Source: an uncultured Armatimonadetes bacterium
Lineage (GTDB): Bacteria; Armatimonadota; UBA5829; DTJY01
Direction of reading: 5' to 3'
DNA length: 64,000 nucleotides
NCBI GenBank assembly: GCA_963717145.1
Contig: OY970325.1
Location: forward strand, 3,744,001 to 3,808,000
A program made the position numbers and the translations under genes. Numbering within the stretch: the stretch's first letter is position 1; each line of letters starts with the position of its first letter. This document shows, one piece after another, positions 29,038 through 38,549 of the stretch. The notes below the pieces were generated by a model. The model did not search any database, was not told the DNA's origin, and saw nothing but the letters and a program-made list of their open reading frames with translations.

Positions 29038-29117
29038 ATGGGGGTGTGGGAGTATGGGAGTATGGGGGATCGGAGGATTCCGGACTCCCACACTCCCACA
29101 CCCCCACACTCCCATAC
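29038..29117. repeat. Octamer (GGGAGTRT / AYACTCCC) tandem repeats in inverted arrangement
   Basis: ATGGGGGTGTGGGAGTATGGGAGTATGGG ... CTCCCACACTCCCACACCCCCACACTCCCATAC between convergent genes. Confidence 0.8.
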
Positions 29118-29121
29118 TTCG

Positions 29122-29910
29122 CTAGGCGAAAATCGACGGCTCTTTCGTCTCGCCGCGGATGCTGATCACCACCGAATCGAGCGGGATGGTCGCGCCGGAT
29201 TCCTCGACCGCCTGCTTTGCCGCGAACAGGAGTCCGAGGCAACACGGCACCTCCATGTGGAGGACGGTGATACTCTTGATCCCGCCTTCCGTGATGATCG
29301 CCTTCAACTTCTCTTTGTAGATGTCGACGTCGTCGAACTTCGGGCAGCCGATCGCCAGCGCCTTCCCCTTCATGAAATCGGGGTGCATCGACGCATAGGC
29401 GAACGCGGTGCAGTTGGCGGCGAGCACCAGGTCGGCACCCTTGAAGTAAGGCGCGCTGGGACTGACAAGCCTCAGTTTGACCGGCCACTGACGGAGCGCG
29501 CTCCTGAGCTTCGGGGTGTCAGACTGATCCTCATCCTCTTCCACGTCGCTGAAGTCGAACGTCCGCGCAGACGGGCATCCTCCGCCTCCCCCGCCTGAAC
29601 TCGGGCATCCTCCGCCGGCGTGGGCGGCCTGACGGGCGTTGTGCTCCTCCAGGGAGCGGCCCATCGAGGTGAGATGCTGCTCGACCGCCTGGATGTCGAA
29701 CTCCTCGGCCTCGCGTTCCTCGAAGGATATCGCGTCCATCGGGCACTCTCCGAGACACGCGCCAAGCCCATCGCAGTAGGTGTCGGACACGAGCCGCGCC
29801 TTGCCATCGATGATCTGGATCGCTCCCTCGGCGCACGACGGGACGCACTCACCGCATCCGTTGCACAGTTCCTCGTCGATCTTGATCACTTTTCGGGTCA
29901 CTTTGGTCAT
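29122..29910 (-). CDS. 4Fe-4S ferredoxin-domain iron-sulfur protein
   Basis: CNGCGECVPSCAEGAI and CDGLGACLGECP, C-terminal QWPVKL, GCPKFDD, MEVPCC. Confidence 0.88.
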   Translation of the reverse strand: MTKVTRKVIKIDEELCNGCGECVPSCAEGAIQIIDGKARLVSDTYCDGLGACLGECPMDAISFEEREAEEFDIQAVEQHLTSMGRSLEEHNARQAAHAGGGCPSSGGGGGGCPSARTFDFSDVEEDEDQSDTPKLRSALRQWPVKLRLVSPSAPYFKGADLVLAANCTAFAYASMHPDFMKGKALAIGCPKFDDVDIYKEKLKAIITEGGIKSITVLHMEVPCCLGLLFAAKQAVEESGATIPLDSVVISIRGETKEPSIFA

Positions 29911-29947
29911 TTCTTGTACCTCACCAGGTATTATACCCAAGCCGACA

Positions 29948-30979
29948 CTACAGGCTCGGGGCGGTCTTCTTGAACTCCGCCGTGGTGTAGAGAAGCCTGA
30001 AATCGGTGATCCCGGTCGAATCGGATATCGAGCGCGCCGTCTCCTCGCACTCATCCCGCGAATGGCCGTGGATCATGGTGTAGACGTTGTAGGGGAATCC
30101 CTCGAACCGGGGACGCTCGTAGCAGTGACTGACCGATCTCAACTCGGCCGCCGTCCGCCCGAACCATTCCACCCGGTCGTCCGGTACGTTCCAGGCGCCC
30201 ATGGCATTGACGGAGTACCCGGCCTCGCGGTGGCGGAGGATCGCCCCGAACCGCCGTATCGTGCCATCGGATTTCCAGGCCGCCAACTGCGCGAGGAGGT
30301 CGTCCACCGGGATGCCCACGTCCTCCGCAACGTCGCGAAACGGCTCGCTGGTCAATGGCAGGCCGCCCACCAGCGCCGTGATGATCCTCCGCCTCACCTC
30401 GTCGTAGTGGCCGTGCCTCTGTGCCGGCCTTTCTACATCGCTGGTTGGCTCTTCTGCTCCGCTGGCCGGCACAGAGGCACGGCCACTACGGGTTTGGTCG
30501 GTGGCGGACGAGTCACCGACAGCGGGCTCTCCGGTGAAATCGAACTCCACCCTGATCTTGAACAGCCGCTCCGCGGGCAGGACATGGATATCCCCTACCC
30601 CCGTGCGAGCCTTGATGTCGGACACGATCCGCTCGACCTGCGCCCAATCGCGCGCCACAAGGGCGAACCAGAGGTTGAACTCGTCCTCCCGCCCATAGTT
30701 GTGAGTCACCTCGGGGTACGAGCTGATCAGCCCGGCGATGTCCTCCAGACGGTCGGGCGGGGCCTTCATCGCGACAAGTGTGCTGACGTATCCGAGTCGC
30801 CGGGAATCGAACGACGGCCCGATCCGGCGGATGATCCCCGATTCTGCGAGGCTCTTCACACGCGCCAATGCCTCAGCCTCGGGTATGCCGAGCCGCTCCC
30901 CGATCACCTGGTATGGCCTCGGGTCGAGCGGGAATTCCGCCTGGATGATGTTCAGCAACTGCCGGTCGAGGGTATCCAT
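29948..30979 (-). CDS. Siroheme decarboxylase AhbA-AhbB fusion (NirDL-like, AsnC/Lrp fold)
   Basis: FPLDPRPY, IIRRIG, VTHNYGR..FNLWF then IRRFGAILRH, VSHCYERP, YTMIHG, EFKK. Confidence 0.88.
   Translation of the reverse strand: MDTLDRQLLNIIQAEFPLDPRPYQVIGERLGIPEAEALARVKSLAESGIIRRIGPSFDSRRLGYVSTLVAMKAPPDRLEDIAGLISSYPEVTHNYGREDEFNLWFALVARDWAQVERIVSDIKARTGVGDIHVLPAERLFKIRVEFDFTGEPAVGDSSATDQTRSGRASVPASGAEEPTSDVERPAQRHGHYDEVRRRIITALVGGLPLTSEPFRDVAEDVGIPVDDLLAQLAAWKSDGTIRRFGAILRHREAGYSVNAMGAWNVPDDRVEWFGRTAAELRSVSHCYERPRFEGFPYNVYTMIHGHSRDECEETARSISDSTGITDFRLLYTTAEFKKTAPSL
30403..30490. repeat. GTAG REP pair inside the AhbA-AhbB linker
   Basis: CGTAGTGGCCGTGCCTCTGTGCCGGCC (30403-30429) and its reverse complement (30464-30490). 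Confidence 0.9.
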
Positions 30980-31042
30980 GGTCTTGGGAATCTTACCATT
31001 CTCCCCGCCTGAGGTCAAATCCGGCACTAGTACCGGTGCGAA

Positions 31043-31058
31043 TGGCACGATTCTTGAA
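31043..31058 (+). promoter_or_regulatory. Probable sigma54 promoter
   Basis: TGGCACGATTCTTGAA, one mismatch at -12, same spacer as the 20904 promoter. Confidence 0.6.
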
Positions 31059-31133
31059 GATAGAGAGTATGAGTCTGCAGAGTGGTGTTGCCACAAGCAA
31101 GACGGATGATAGAAAAGGGGAAAGCGACTACAT

Positions 31134-31472
31134 ATGAAGACCATACAGTCCCCAGCAGCCGCCAGAACGGGAGCCGTTATCAGCGCAGAGAGCATCGCCA
31201 TCATGGCCATATGCATGGCAGACCTCGTATCCACGATATGGCTGCTGGCGGCGGGACTCGCGACCGAGGCGAACCCTCTGATGGCTCGTCTGCTGAGTCA
31301 CAGCCCGCTTCTGTTCTGCACGGTGAAGATGGGAACCGTAACCTGCCTGGTGACCGTGACTGAGTGGTACAAGAAACACAACCCAACGTTCGTGCGCAAC
31401 GTGATGCGGGCCGCTATCGCATCGTATCTGGCGATCTATTTCATACTTGTCTTCGGCATTAACTGGGCTTAA
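31134..31472 (+). CDS. Small membrane protein, DUF5658-like
   Basis: ADLVST...EANPLM...F..VK pattern with three hydrophobic segments. Confidence 0.75.
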   Translation: MKTIQSPAAARTGAVISAESIAIMAICMADLVSTIWLLAAGLATEANPLMARLLSHSPLLFCTVKMGTVTCLVTVTEWYKKHNPTFVRNVMRAAIASYLAIYFILVFGINWA

Positions 31473-31498
31473 CTCGACTGCGCTGCTCCAATCGCCCC

Positions 31499-31531
31499 GA
31501 AAGCCTCCCCCCAGCCAGGGGGAGGCTTTCG
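31499..31531. terminator. Stem-loop terminator
   Basis: GAAAGCCTCCCC...GGGGAGGCTTTC after the 31472 stop. Confidence 0.65.
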
Positions 31532-31619
31532 TAATGTCAGAGCCACAAATTGTGAAGTTACAAACTAAAGAGCAGGCTTCGAGGCTCGAAAAAAAGCCTC
31601 GAGCCTCGAACCCTGCACT

Positions 31620-32294
31620 CTAGATCCTCAACGCGGTCTCTGTCAACAGATTCTCTATGTCGCCCACGAACTGATCGCTCGGGGCAGCCCTTTCCAGAGC
31701 TTCTCGGGCCGCCTGTCTCGCCTCAACAAACCGGCCGAGTATGATGTAAGCCCTCGCGATCATGTAGTAGATCGCCGGAGACGCTGGATCCAGGCTCAGC
31801 GCCCTCGTAAGCGATGCCAGGGCTTCCTCGCCTTTACCGAGCGCAACGTATGCGTTGCCGAGAGAAAAATAAGCGTCCACATCCTCATCGTCCTGCTCTA
31901 TGGCTCGCTTGAAAAGTTCGACCATCACACCACTCTTCATGTTAGCCTGCTCTTCGTGATGCAGATAGCTCCCGAAGGCAGCCTCACCGAGAGCGGTATA
32001 GATCCCCGGGTAGTTGCCGTCCTGAGTGAGGACCTGGTACAGATGGCCGATGGCTTCATCGCACCTATCCGTTAGTGACAGGGCGACAGCCAGGTTGAAC
32101 CTGCCGGTCAGGTGGTCCGGGTTCATCTCGAGACATTGTTCGAGCAGAGCGACCGCATGTTCGAAGTCACCGTTGGCCACAGCGTTCATTGCAGCCTTGA
32201 AACACTTGTCCGGATCGCAGTTACGACCCGCGCCGCAGTTCGGACAGCCGATGTCCGACACACTGAGTCTGAAACCACACTCACTACAGCTCAT
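31620..32294 (-). CDS. TPR-repeat protein with N-terminal zinc ribbon
   Basis: CSECG...CPNCG then TPR-like helices (AYFSLGNAY, ALSLDP). Confidence 0.82.
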   Translation of the reverse strand: MSCSECGFRLSVSDIGCPNCGAGRNCDPDKCFKAAMNAVANGDFEHAVALLEQCLEMNPDHLTGRFNLAVALSLTDRCDEAIGHLYQVLTQDGNYPGIYTALGEAAFGSYLHHEEQANMKSGVMVELFKRAIEQDDEDVDAYFSLGNAYVALGKGEEALASLTRALSLDPASPAIYYMIARAYIILGRFVEARQAAREALERAAPSDQFVGDIENLLTETALRI

Positions 32295-32659
32295 CTCCTC
32301 ATACCCCCTCTGGGCGCCGCGCACGCTTCCTCCATGAAGGTTCACGACATACCGGGTGCCGTACTTTCTACCCGGCATCCTGCCAGGCAACAACCGAGAG
32401 ATGCGGCACGTCTGGGTCCGTCATCGATGCGAGTGTTACAGTGTTTCGCGATCTGACGCATAGTGGTGTTCCCAATCCGGGGCAACGGGAAACCTCCAAC
32501 AATACACGACTACCAAGGCATTTGCGGACTATGATTTCGCTAACTTTGGCACAAAATCAACTGATGTGCGCGCGCATCTATGCTCGCATTCTAGAGCCAA
32601 TCCTGGGAGCTGTCATATCGCGTGATGATAATCTGCGAAAAAAGGGTCACGCGTGCGAG

Positions 32660-33091
32660 TCAGACCGGGCGGTTGTACGTGCAGCGGTGGACGAGGCTCA
32701 GGTACGCCGAGTAGAGTCCCCTCGACTTCGAGCCGCAGGCCTCCACCCGATTGCGCGCGGTGTTGATCAACCTCACCGCCCGCGGACGTGTTGTTCCGAG
32801 CATCACCGCGACCTCATCCGGCAGCACGCCTTCCATGTACATCCTCCACGCGAATGCCTCTTCCGCAGCGAGTCCGGCTTCCTCGGACAGGTCGTCGAGT
32901 TCCGCCGAGAGAAGGATGTGGGCGCACGAATACGGACGGCCGCCATTCCACTGCCGACGGCTCGACCGCCGAGTCTTCCTGTCGAGTTGTCTTTCGGTGT
33001 AGGCCGGGTATTCCTGGTCGCGGCCCGCGAGTTCGAGCATTGTGTCTGCGAGTAGTTCCAAGGCCTCCGCATGCATCGCGTTTCTGGTCAT
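32660..33091 (-). CDS. Hypothetical protein with sigma-region-4-like HTH
   Basis: EG..PDEVAVMLGTTRPRAVRLINTARNRV; RBS GAGGAG. Confidence 0.55.
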   Translation of the reverse strand: MTRNAMHAEALELLADTMLELAGRDQEYPAYTERQLDRKTRRSSRRQWNGGRPYSCAHILLSAELDDLSEEAGLAAEEAFAWRMYMEGVLPDEVAVMLGTTRPRAVRLINTARNRVEACGSKSRGLYSAYLSLVHRCTYNRPV

Positions 33092-33180
33092 TTCTCTCCT
33101 CTTGGGCGTAATAGTAGACAGTTGTCTACCCTTACGCCCAGTATAGCACCAGGTAGCTTGGGCGTCAAGGGGGTTACACG

Positions 33181-33395
33181 TGTCATTCTGAGCAAGTGAC
33201 TGCACTGTACGCAGTTGTTTCCGTCAGAAACCACCGTCAGTCCTGAGTTCGCCGGTGAATGACGGCGTGTAACGAAGGACGGCTCGGTGCAACAAGGCCG
33301 TCCTTCGTTACACGCCGTCATTCACCGGCGAACTCAGGACTGACGGTGTGGGCTTCCTCAGGAGCGTACTGCCGAGTGGCGTGCTCAGAATGACA
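33181..33395. repeat. Nested palindromes: 52-bp perfect inverted repeat (33232-33348) inside TGTCATTCTGAGCA...TGCTCAGAATGACA ends
   Basis: 33232-33283 is the reverse complement of 33297-33348; outer ends match the 51600 and 53057 family. Confidence 0.88.
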
Positions 33396-33481
33396 GCCGT
33401 CGTGGAGGCGTTGAGGGTAGAAAGAAATAAGTGAGGCCGCCGGGCGGCGGCCTCATCAAAGCTGGGATGTGCTCCGAACGG

Positions 33482-33823
33482 CTACTTGCCGGCCTTGGCG
33501 ATGATCAGCTTCACAGCATCCTTAAATGACTTGCCGATGACCTTCTGTGACACTTCCTCGAGAAGCGCTCGGCCCATCTTCTCCCTGGTGATGTTTGCCT
33601 TGTAGATGAAGGCATCGGTCTTCTTGGTCCCGGTCCGTTCCTGGGTCAGGACGCCCTTCCGGGCGAGCTTGGCCATCGTGAGCATGATAGTCGAGTAGGA
33701 CAACTCTCGCTTCGGATACATGATCTTGAAGACTTGGGTGCTGGTAATCGGGGGCTTCAGGTCCCAAATGACGTCAAGTATCTGAGCCTCCAATTCGCCC
33801 AGGGCCTGGCTTTCTTTACTCAT
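33482..33823 (-). CDS. BlaI/MecI/CopY family transcriptional regulator
   Basis: LGELEAQILDVIW, LSYSTIM.TMAKLARKG motifs; RBS AAAGGAG. Confidence 0.85.
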   Translation of the reverse strand: MSKESQALGELEAQILDVIWDLKPPITSTQVFKIMYPKRELSYSTIMLTMAKLARKGVLTQERTGTKKTDAFIYKANITREKMGRALLEEVSQKVIGKSFKDAVKLIIAKAGK

Positions 33824-34046
33824 AAGCTCTCCTTTCGATGCATGCGGCTTATCCGCTGACACTGCTGCCGCTGTAGCATCTTTCGCTCTTAATATACGGC
33901 TTATGCTTTTCGCTGTCAAGTACCTGATAAAGTTTTTTATAGCCGACAGTGAAAGAGAGTCGCAATGGTCGGCCCCCTCTGGTCGCATTGGACTTTCCGT
34001 GGTATAATGCGTCGTCACGGAATTGCGAGGAGGATATGCAGCCGAT

Positions 34047-34814
34047 ATGAGTCCCAAGGAAGAAGTTCTCAAGCAACTGATCGATATGTCCCACTGGCTC
34101 GGCGAGGAATGCCGCGGCCTGGTGATTCTCGGCGAGGGGAATACCTCCGCCAGGATCAGCGACGATACGTTCTTCGTGAAGGCGAGCGGCACTCAGCTCG
34201 GCACGATCCACGCATCAGGGTTGGTGGAGGTCAACGCCGGGAAGGTCCTCTCGATGATCGGCGGCCCGGAGCTGACCGACGATGAGATCAAGGCGAACCT
34301 CCGGGCGGCGATGGTCGACCCGAACGGGAAACTGCTCCCCTCGATCGAGACGGTCTTCCACGCCTACCTGCTGAGCATCCCAGGCGTGAATTTCGTCGGG
34401 CACACGCATCCCGTCTCGGTGAACAGTATCCTCTGTTCGAAGGAGTGGTACGAATCCACCCAGGGCCGGCTTTTCCCGGACGAGGTCGTCTGCTGCGGGA
34501 TCGCGCCGGCACACGTGGAGTACGTCGACCCGGGAGTGACGCTCGCGCGGCGGATCAAGGAGGTCGTGGAGGACTACATCCGGGAGCACGAGGAGCGCCC
34601 GAAGGCGGTTCTGGTGCAGAATCACGGCCTGATCGCGCTCGGATCGACCGCCAAAGAGGTCATGAGCGTGACGGCGATGTGGGACAAGACGGCGAAGGTC
34701 CTCGCGGGGACGTTCCAGTTCGGCGGCCCGAACTACATGACCGACGAGCAGGTGGAGCGCATCCACACGCGCCCGGATGAGGCGCAGAGGAAGAAGCTTA
34801 TCGAGAATCTTTGA
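34047..34814 (+). CDS. Class II aldolase/adducin family protein
   Basis: GEGNTS, KASG, PSIETVFH, GHTHP, QNHGLI motifs. Confidence 0.9.
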   Translation: MSPKEEVLKQLIDMSHWLGEECRGLVILGEGNTSARISDDTFFVKASGTQLGTIHASGLVEVNAGKVLSMIGGPELTDDEIKANLRAAMVDPNGKLLPSIETVFHAYLLSIPGVNFVGHTHPVSVNSILCSKEWYESTQGRLFPDEVVCCGIAPAHVEYVDPGVTLARRIKEVVEDYIREHEERPKAVLVQNHGLIALGSTAKEVMSVTAMWDKTAKVLAGTFQFGGPNYMTDEQVERIHTRPDEAQRKKLIENL

Positions 34815-34960
34815 GGGAATGGTTGATGGCTGATGGTTAATGGTTAATGGCGGAATGGTTGATGGTTGATGGGGAATGGTTGTTGAGGGATGCCGATCTC
34901 CATTTCTCCCATTCTCCCATTTCCCCATCAACCATCAACCATCAACCATCAACCATTCCC
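34815..34960. repeat. Heptamer (ATGGTTG / CAACCAT) inverted tandem repeats
   Basis: Multiple ATGGTTG/ATGGTTA units then CATCAAC tandem units. Confidence 0.85.
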
Positions 34961-34978
34961 GTGAGTAGGAGCATGAGC

Positions 34979-36682
34979 ATGAGCGAGAAACTGCCTGAGA
35001 CGATATTGACTTGGTACCTCTACGGTGCGGGGCTGGAGAGCTTCGGCAGGGGCAAGAAGCCCGTCGAGCACCCGATGCCCGAATATGGCCCGGACGAACT
35101 GCTCGTCCGAATCGATGCCGTGAGCATCTGCTTCAGCGACATCAAGGTCATCAACCAGGGCGACCAGCATCCCCGGCTCACCGGGCGCGATATGGTGAAC
35201 GACCCGGTCACGCTCGGGCACGAGGCGGCGGTCACCGTCGTCGGCGTCGGCGAGAACGTGAAGGACCGGTTCGCGATCGATCAGCGGTTCACCGTCCAGG
35301 CCGATGTCTTCGTCAACGGCGTCAGCATGGCGTTCGGATACGTCCTCCCCGGCGCGCAGACCCAGTATCAGGTGATCCGCAAAGAGATGCTCGACGGCGA
35401 TGAGGGGTGCTACCTCCTCCCGATGGCGGACTCCACCGGATACGCCGAAGCCGCGCTCGCCGAGCCGTGGGCCTGCGTCGTCGCCTCCTACAAGATCACG
35501 CGCCGGAAGTCGATCAAGCCGGGCGGGAAGCTCTGGATCATCTGCGCATCGGCCTGCGACAGTGATTTCGCGCTCGATTTCGGCGTCGATCCCGAACTCG
35601 TCGTCGCCACGGAACTCGAATGGCCGATGCTCGATCAGCTCAAGTTCTGGTCCGAAGCCGGCCGGTTCAAGCTCAGACAGACGCCCGAGTTCGACTCGAT
35701 TGACTTCGAGGAGTTCGGTCAGAAGCACGGCGGATTCGACGACATCATCGTCCTCGGGGCGAACCCGGATGTGATCGAGAAGGCGGCGACCCTGCTGGCG
35801 AAGGGCGGCATCATGAACATCGTGGCGGATGAGCCGCTTGCGAGGCCGGTCAAGATCGACATCGGCAAGGTCCACTATCAGAATCACTCATACATCGGCA
35901 CGATGAGCCGGCACGTCGGTTCGGCATACGAGCCGGTCAGAATGCCGAGCGAGTTGAAGCCCGGCGGGATGGCCTGGTTCGTCGGCACGGGCGGGCCGAT
36001 GGGTCAGATGCACCTTCCCCGAGCGCTCGAACTCGAGGGCGGGCCGAGGAAGGTACTCGCGACCGACATCGACACGGGGCGACTGAACAGCCTCCGAGAG
36101 CGGTTCAACCCGATCGCCGAGCGCCGGGGAATCGAGCTGCTGATCGTGAACCCGAACGAGATGACCCCGGAGGCGTTCGACAAGCTGCTCCACGATTTCA
36201 CCGACGGCGGCGGATTCGACGACATCGTGATGCTCGCGCCCGTGCCCGCGCTGATCGAGCAGGCGGTCCCGTACCTCGCGGAAGAGGGGCTGATGAACGT
36301 ATTCGCCGGCGTCCCGATCGGCACGATCGTCAGCATCGACCTCAGCGGCGTCTTCATGTGCAACATCAGGTTCGTCGGGAGCAGCGGATCGAAGGTGAGC
36401 GACATGCTCGACACGCTCCGCGCGGCCGAGTCGGGCGAGATCTCGACGAACACGTCGGTGGCGGCCATCGGTGGGATCGAGGCATCGTGGGACGGTATGA
36501 AGGCGGCGAAGGAAGGGACGTATCCCGGCAAGGTCGTGATCTACCCGCAGATCGCCGGCCTCCCGTTGACGGCGGTACCCGATCTGAAGGAACGCCTGCC
36601 CGCGGTCTACACGAAACTCACCGACGGGATGTTCTGGAACCGCGAGGCGGAGGCGGAGCTTCTCGGAATGGTCGATGGTTGA
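34979..36682 (+). CDS. Zinc-binding (MDR) dehydrogenase, sorbose-1-phosphate reductase-like, extended form
   Basis: ICFSD, LGHE, AEPWACV, GTGGPMG, duplicated GGFDDI motif, YPGKVVIYP. Confidence 0.78.
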   Translation: MSEKLPETILTWYLYGAGLESFGRGKKPVEHPMPEYGPDELLVRIDAVSICFSDIKVINQGDQHPRLTGRDMVNDPVTLGHEAAVTVVGVGENVKDRFAIDQRFTVQADVFVNGVSMAFGYVLPGAQTQYQVIRKEMLDGDEGCYLLPMADSTGYAEAALAEPWACVVASYKITRRKSIKPGGKLWIICASACDSDFALDFGVDPELVVATELEWPMLDQLKFWSEAGRFKLRQTPEFDSIDFEEFGQKHGGFDDIIVLGANPDVIEKAATLLAKGGIMNIVADEPLARPVKIDIGKVHYQNHSYIGTMSRHVGSAYEPVRMPSELKPGGMAWFVGTGGPMGQMHLPRALELEGGPRKVLATDIDTGRLNSLRERFNPIAERRGIELLIVNPNEMTPEAFDKLLHDFTDGGGFDDIVMLAPVPALIEQAVPYLAEEGLMNVFAGVPIGTIVSIDLSGVFMCNIRFVGSSGSKVSDMLDTLRAAESGEISTNTSVAAIGGIEASWDGMKAAKEGTYPGKVVIYPQIAGLPLTAVPDLKERLPAVYTKLTDGMFWNREAEAELLGMVDG

Positions 36683-36715
36683 TGGTTCATGGGGGATGGG
36701 TGTTGGGTCTTAGAA

Positions 36716-36847
36716 CCCGCTAGTCCTGAGTGCGCCGGTGAATGACGGCGTGTATCGAAGGACGGCCTGCGAAGCACCAACCCCTGGCTGCGGGCGACCG
36801 TCCTTCGATACACGCCGTCATTCACCGGCGCACTCAGGACTAGCGGG
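36716..36847. repeat. GTCCTGAG...CTCAGGAC long-hairpin element
   Basis: About 50-bp inverted arms; same family as 18211, 20642 and 33232. Confidence 0.9.
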
Positions 36848-36868
36848 GGTTTGAGTAGGAGTATGAAT

Positions 36869-37667
36869 ATGAGCGGGTGCGAGATGCTGAGTGGGAAAAG
36901 TGCCATCGTGACGGGTGCCGGGCAGGGGCTCGGGGAGGCGATCGCCCTGAGGCTCGCCGCCGAGGGATGCCAGGTCATCCTCGGCGATATCAACTTCGAG
37001 AACGCGCAGATGGCCGCGGAGAAGATCCACAAGGCGACCGGCAGGAAGGCCATCGAGTTCAGTGTCGATGTCACCAACGACGAGCAGGTCGCCGAGATGG
37101 TGAAGCTCGCGGTCAAGGAGTTCGGCAAGCTCGACATCATGGTCTGCAACGCCGGCATCCTCAAGGCCGCCGAGGTCACCGAGCTTCTCGACTCACGACT
37201 GGCGCAAGGTCATCGACGTCAACCTCGTCGGCTACTTCATCTGCGCCCGCGAGGCCGCCAAGGTGATGGTCGAGCAGAAGAGCGGCGCCATCATCCAGAT
37301 CAACTCCAAGTCCGGCAAGAAGGGCAGCTTCAGCAACTCCGCCTACGCCGCGAGCAAGTTCGGCGGGATCGGCCTGACCCAGAGCCTCGCGCTCGAGATG
37401 GCGCCGCACGGCGTCCGGGTGAACGCGGTCTGCCCCGGGAACCTGCTCGACGGCACGCTCTGGCAGGACAGCCTCTTCGAGCAGTACGCGCGGACCCAGG
37501 GCCTCACGGTCGAGCAAGTGAAGGAGAAATACCTCGACCAGGTGCCGCTCGGACGCGGCTGCACCTACGATGACGTGTCGAACGTCGTGGTCTTCCTCGC
37601 GTCCGATCAGTCGAGCTACATGACCGGCCAGGCGATCAACGTGACCGGCGGGCAGGAGATGCGGTAG
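36869..37667 (+). CDS. srlD: Sorbitol-6-phosphate 2-dehydrogenase (SDR); one extra base near 37184 splits the frame
   Basis: TGAGQGLG, NAG, then INSKSGKKGS.SNSAYAASKFGGIGLTQSLALE, YMTGQAINVTGGQ. Confidence 0.8.
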
Positions 37668-37776
37668 GGGTCGAGGAGACAGAAGTCAGGAGTCAGAAGT
37701 CAGAAGCCGGAATTCGGCGGTTGGGGTACCTTGTAGGAGGCGACTCCGATCGCCGATTATGTATGTGGAGGCACGT

Positions 37777-38538
37777 ATGGAGGACCATCAGAGTCAGCCC
37801 GATCGTGATAGAAGTCGGCTGGTGGAGAACGGCGTGTTGTTGGCGTGGATGCTCGCCACGGTTCCACTCCTGCTGATGAACGCGGTGGGAGTTGTTTTCT
37901 GGATCGCGTCCTTCCTGGTCGGCGTGTTCGTGTTGCGGACGATCCGACGTGATCACCTGCCCAGGAAGGGGTATGTGGCCGCTTGGATGGTAGTCGTGTT
38001 CAGCAGTCTGGCGCTGCTTCTGATAGGGCTAATCATCTCCCCGCTGTTTGGTCCGCGCCACAGCATTCACCGTGGATACTGCAGCAACAACTTGCACCAA
38101 CTCGGCTTGGCGATGGACTCATATGCCCACAAGCACCAAGACCGGTACCCCGATCCGGACAACTGGCCGCAACAGATCATGGGGTACGTGAAGAGTCAAA
38201 GCATATTCATATGCCCCGCAAGGAAGGTCCATGGTCTGAGAAGACATCCGATCAAGGCGCCATACATGGAAGCGCTGTCAGTCACCTACGCCATGAACGA
38301 GCGGCTGAAGGGGCTCTCCGTGCGAGACGTGAAGAAGCCCGAGAAGACGGTGCTGCTATTCGAGTCGACCGGCGAGAAGCTCTCCGGCGGGCCGGAGTTG
38401 CTACCGAAAGAGACGCGTCACGAGGACAGGGAGTACCTGGTGATCCGCCATCCGTACATCAATGTGCTCTTTGCTGACGGGCACGTGAACAAGGTCCCTC
38501 TGGAAGAGGTTCCGCGTCTGAAGTGGGACCCGAAGTAG
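37777..38538 (+). CDS. Membrane protein with DUF1559-like / H-X9-DG C-terminal motif
   Basis: N-terminal TM segments, CSNNLHQLGLA, FICP, YAMN, NVLFADGHV. Confidence 0.75.
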   Translation: MEDHQSQPDRDRSRLVENGVLLAWMLATVPLLLMNAVGVVFWIASFLVGVFVLRTIRRDHLPRKGYVAAWMVVVFSSLALLLIGLIISPLFGPRHSIHRGYCSNNLHQLGLAMDSYAHKHQDRYPDPDNWPQQIMGYVKSQSIFICPARKVHGLRRHPIKAPYMEALSVTYAMNERLKGLSVRDVKKPEKTVLLFESTGEKLSGGPELLPKETRHEDREYLVIRHPYINVLFADGHVNKVPLEEVPRLKWDPK

Positions 38539-38549
38539 GACATATCATC

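Noticed and set aside
32500-32560. c-di-GMP-I riboswitch-like GCCAAA...GAAA...CGCAAA on the minus strand
   Set aside because: The stems around GAAA do not pair convincingly
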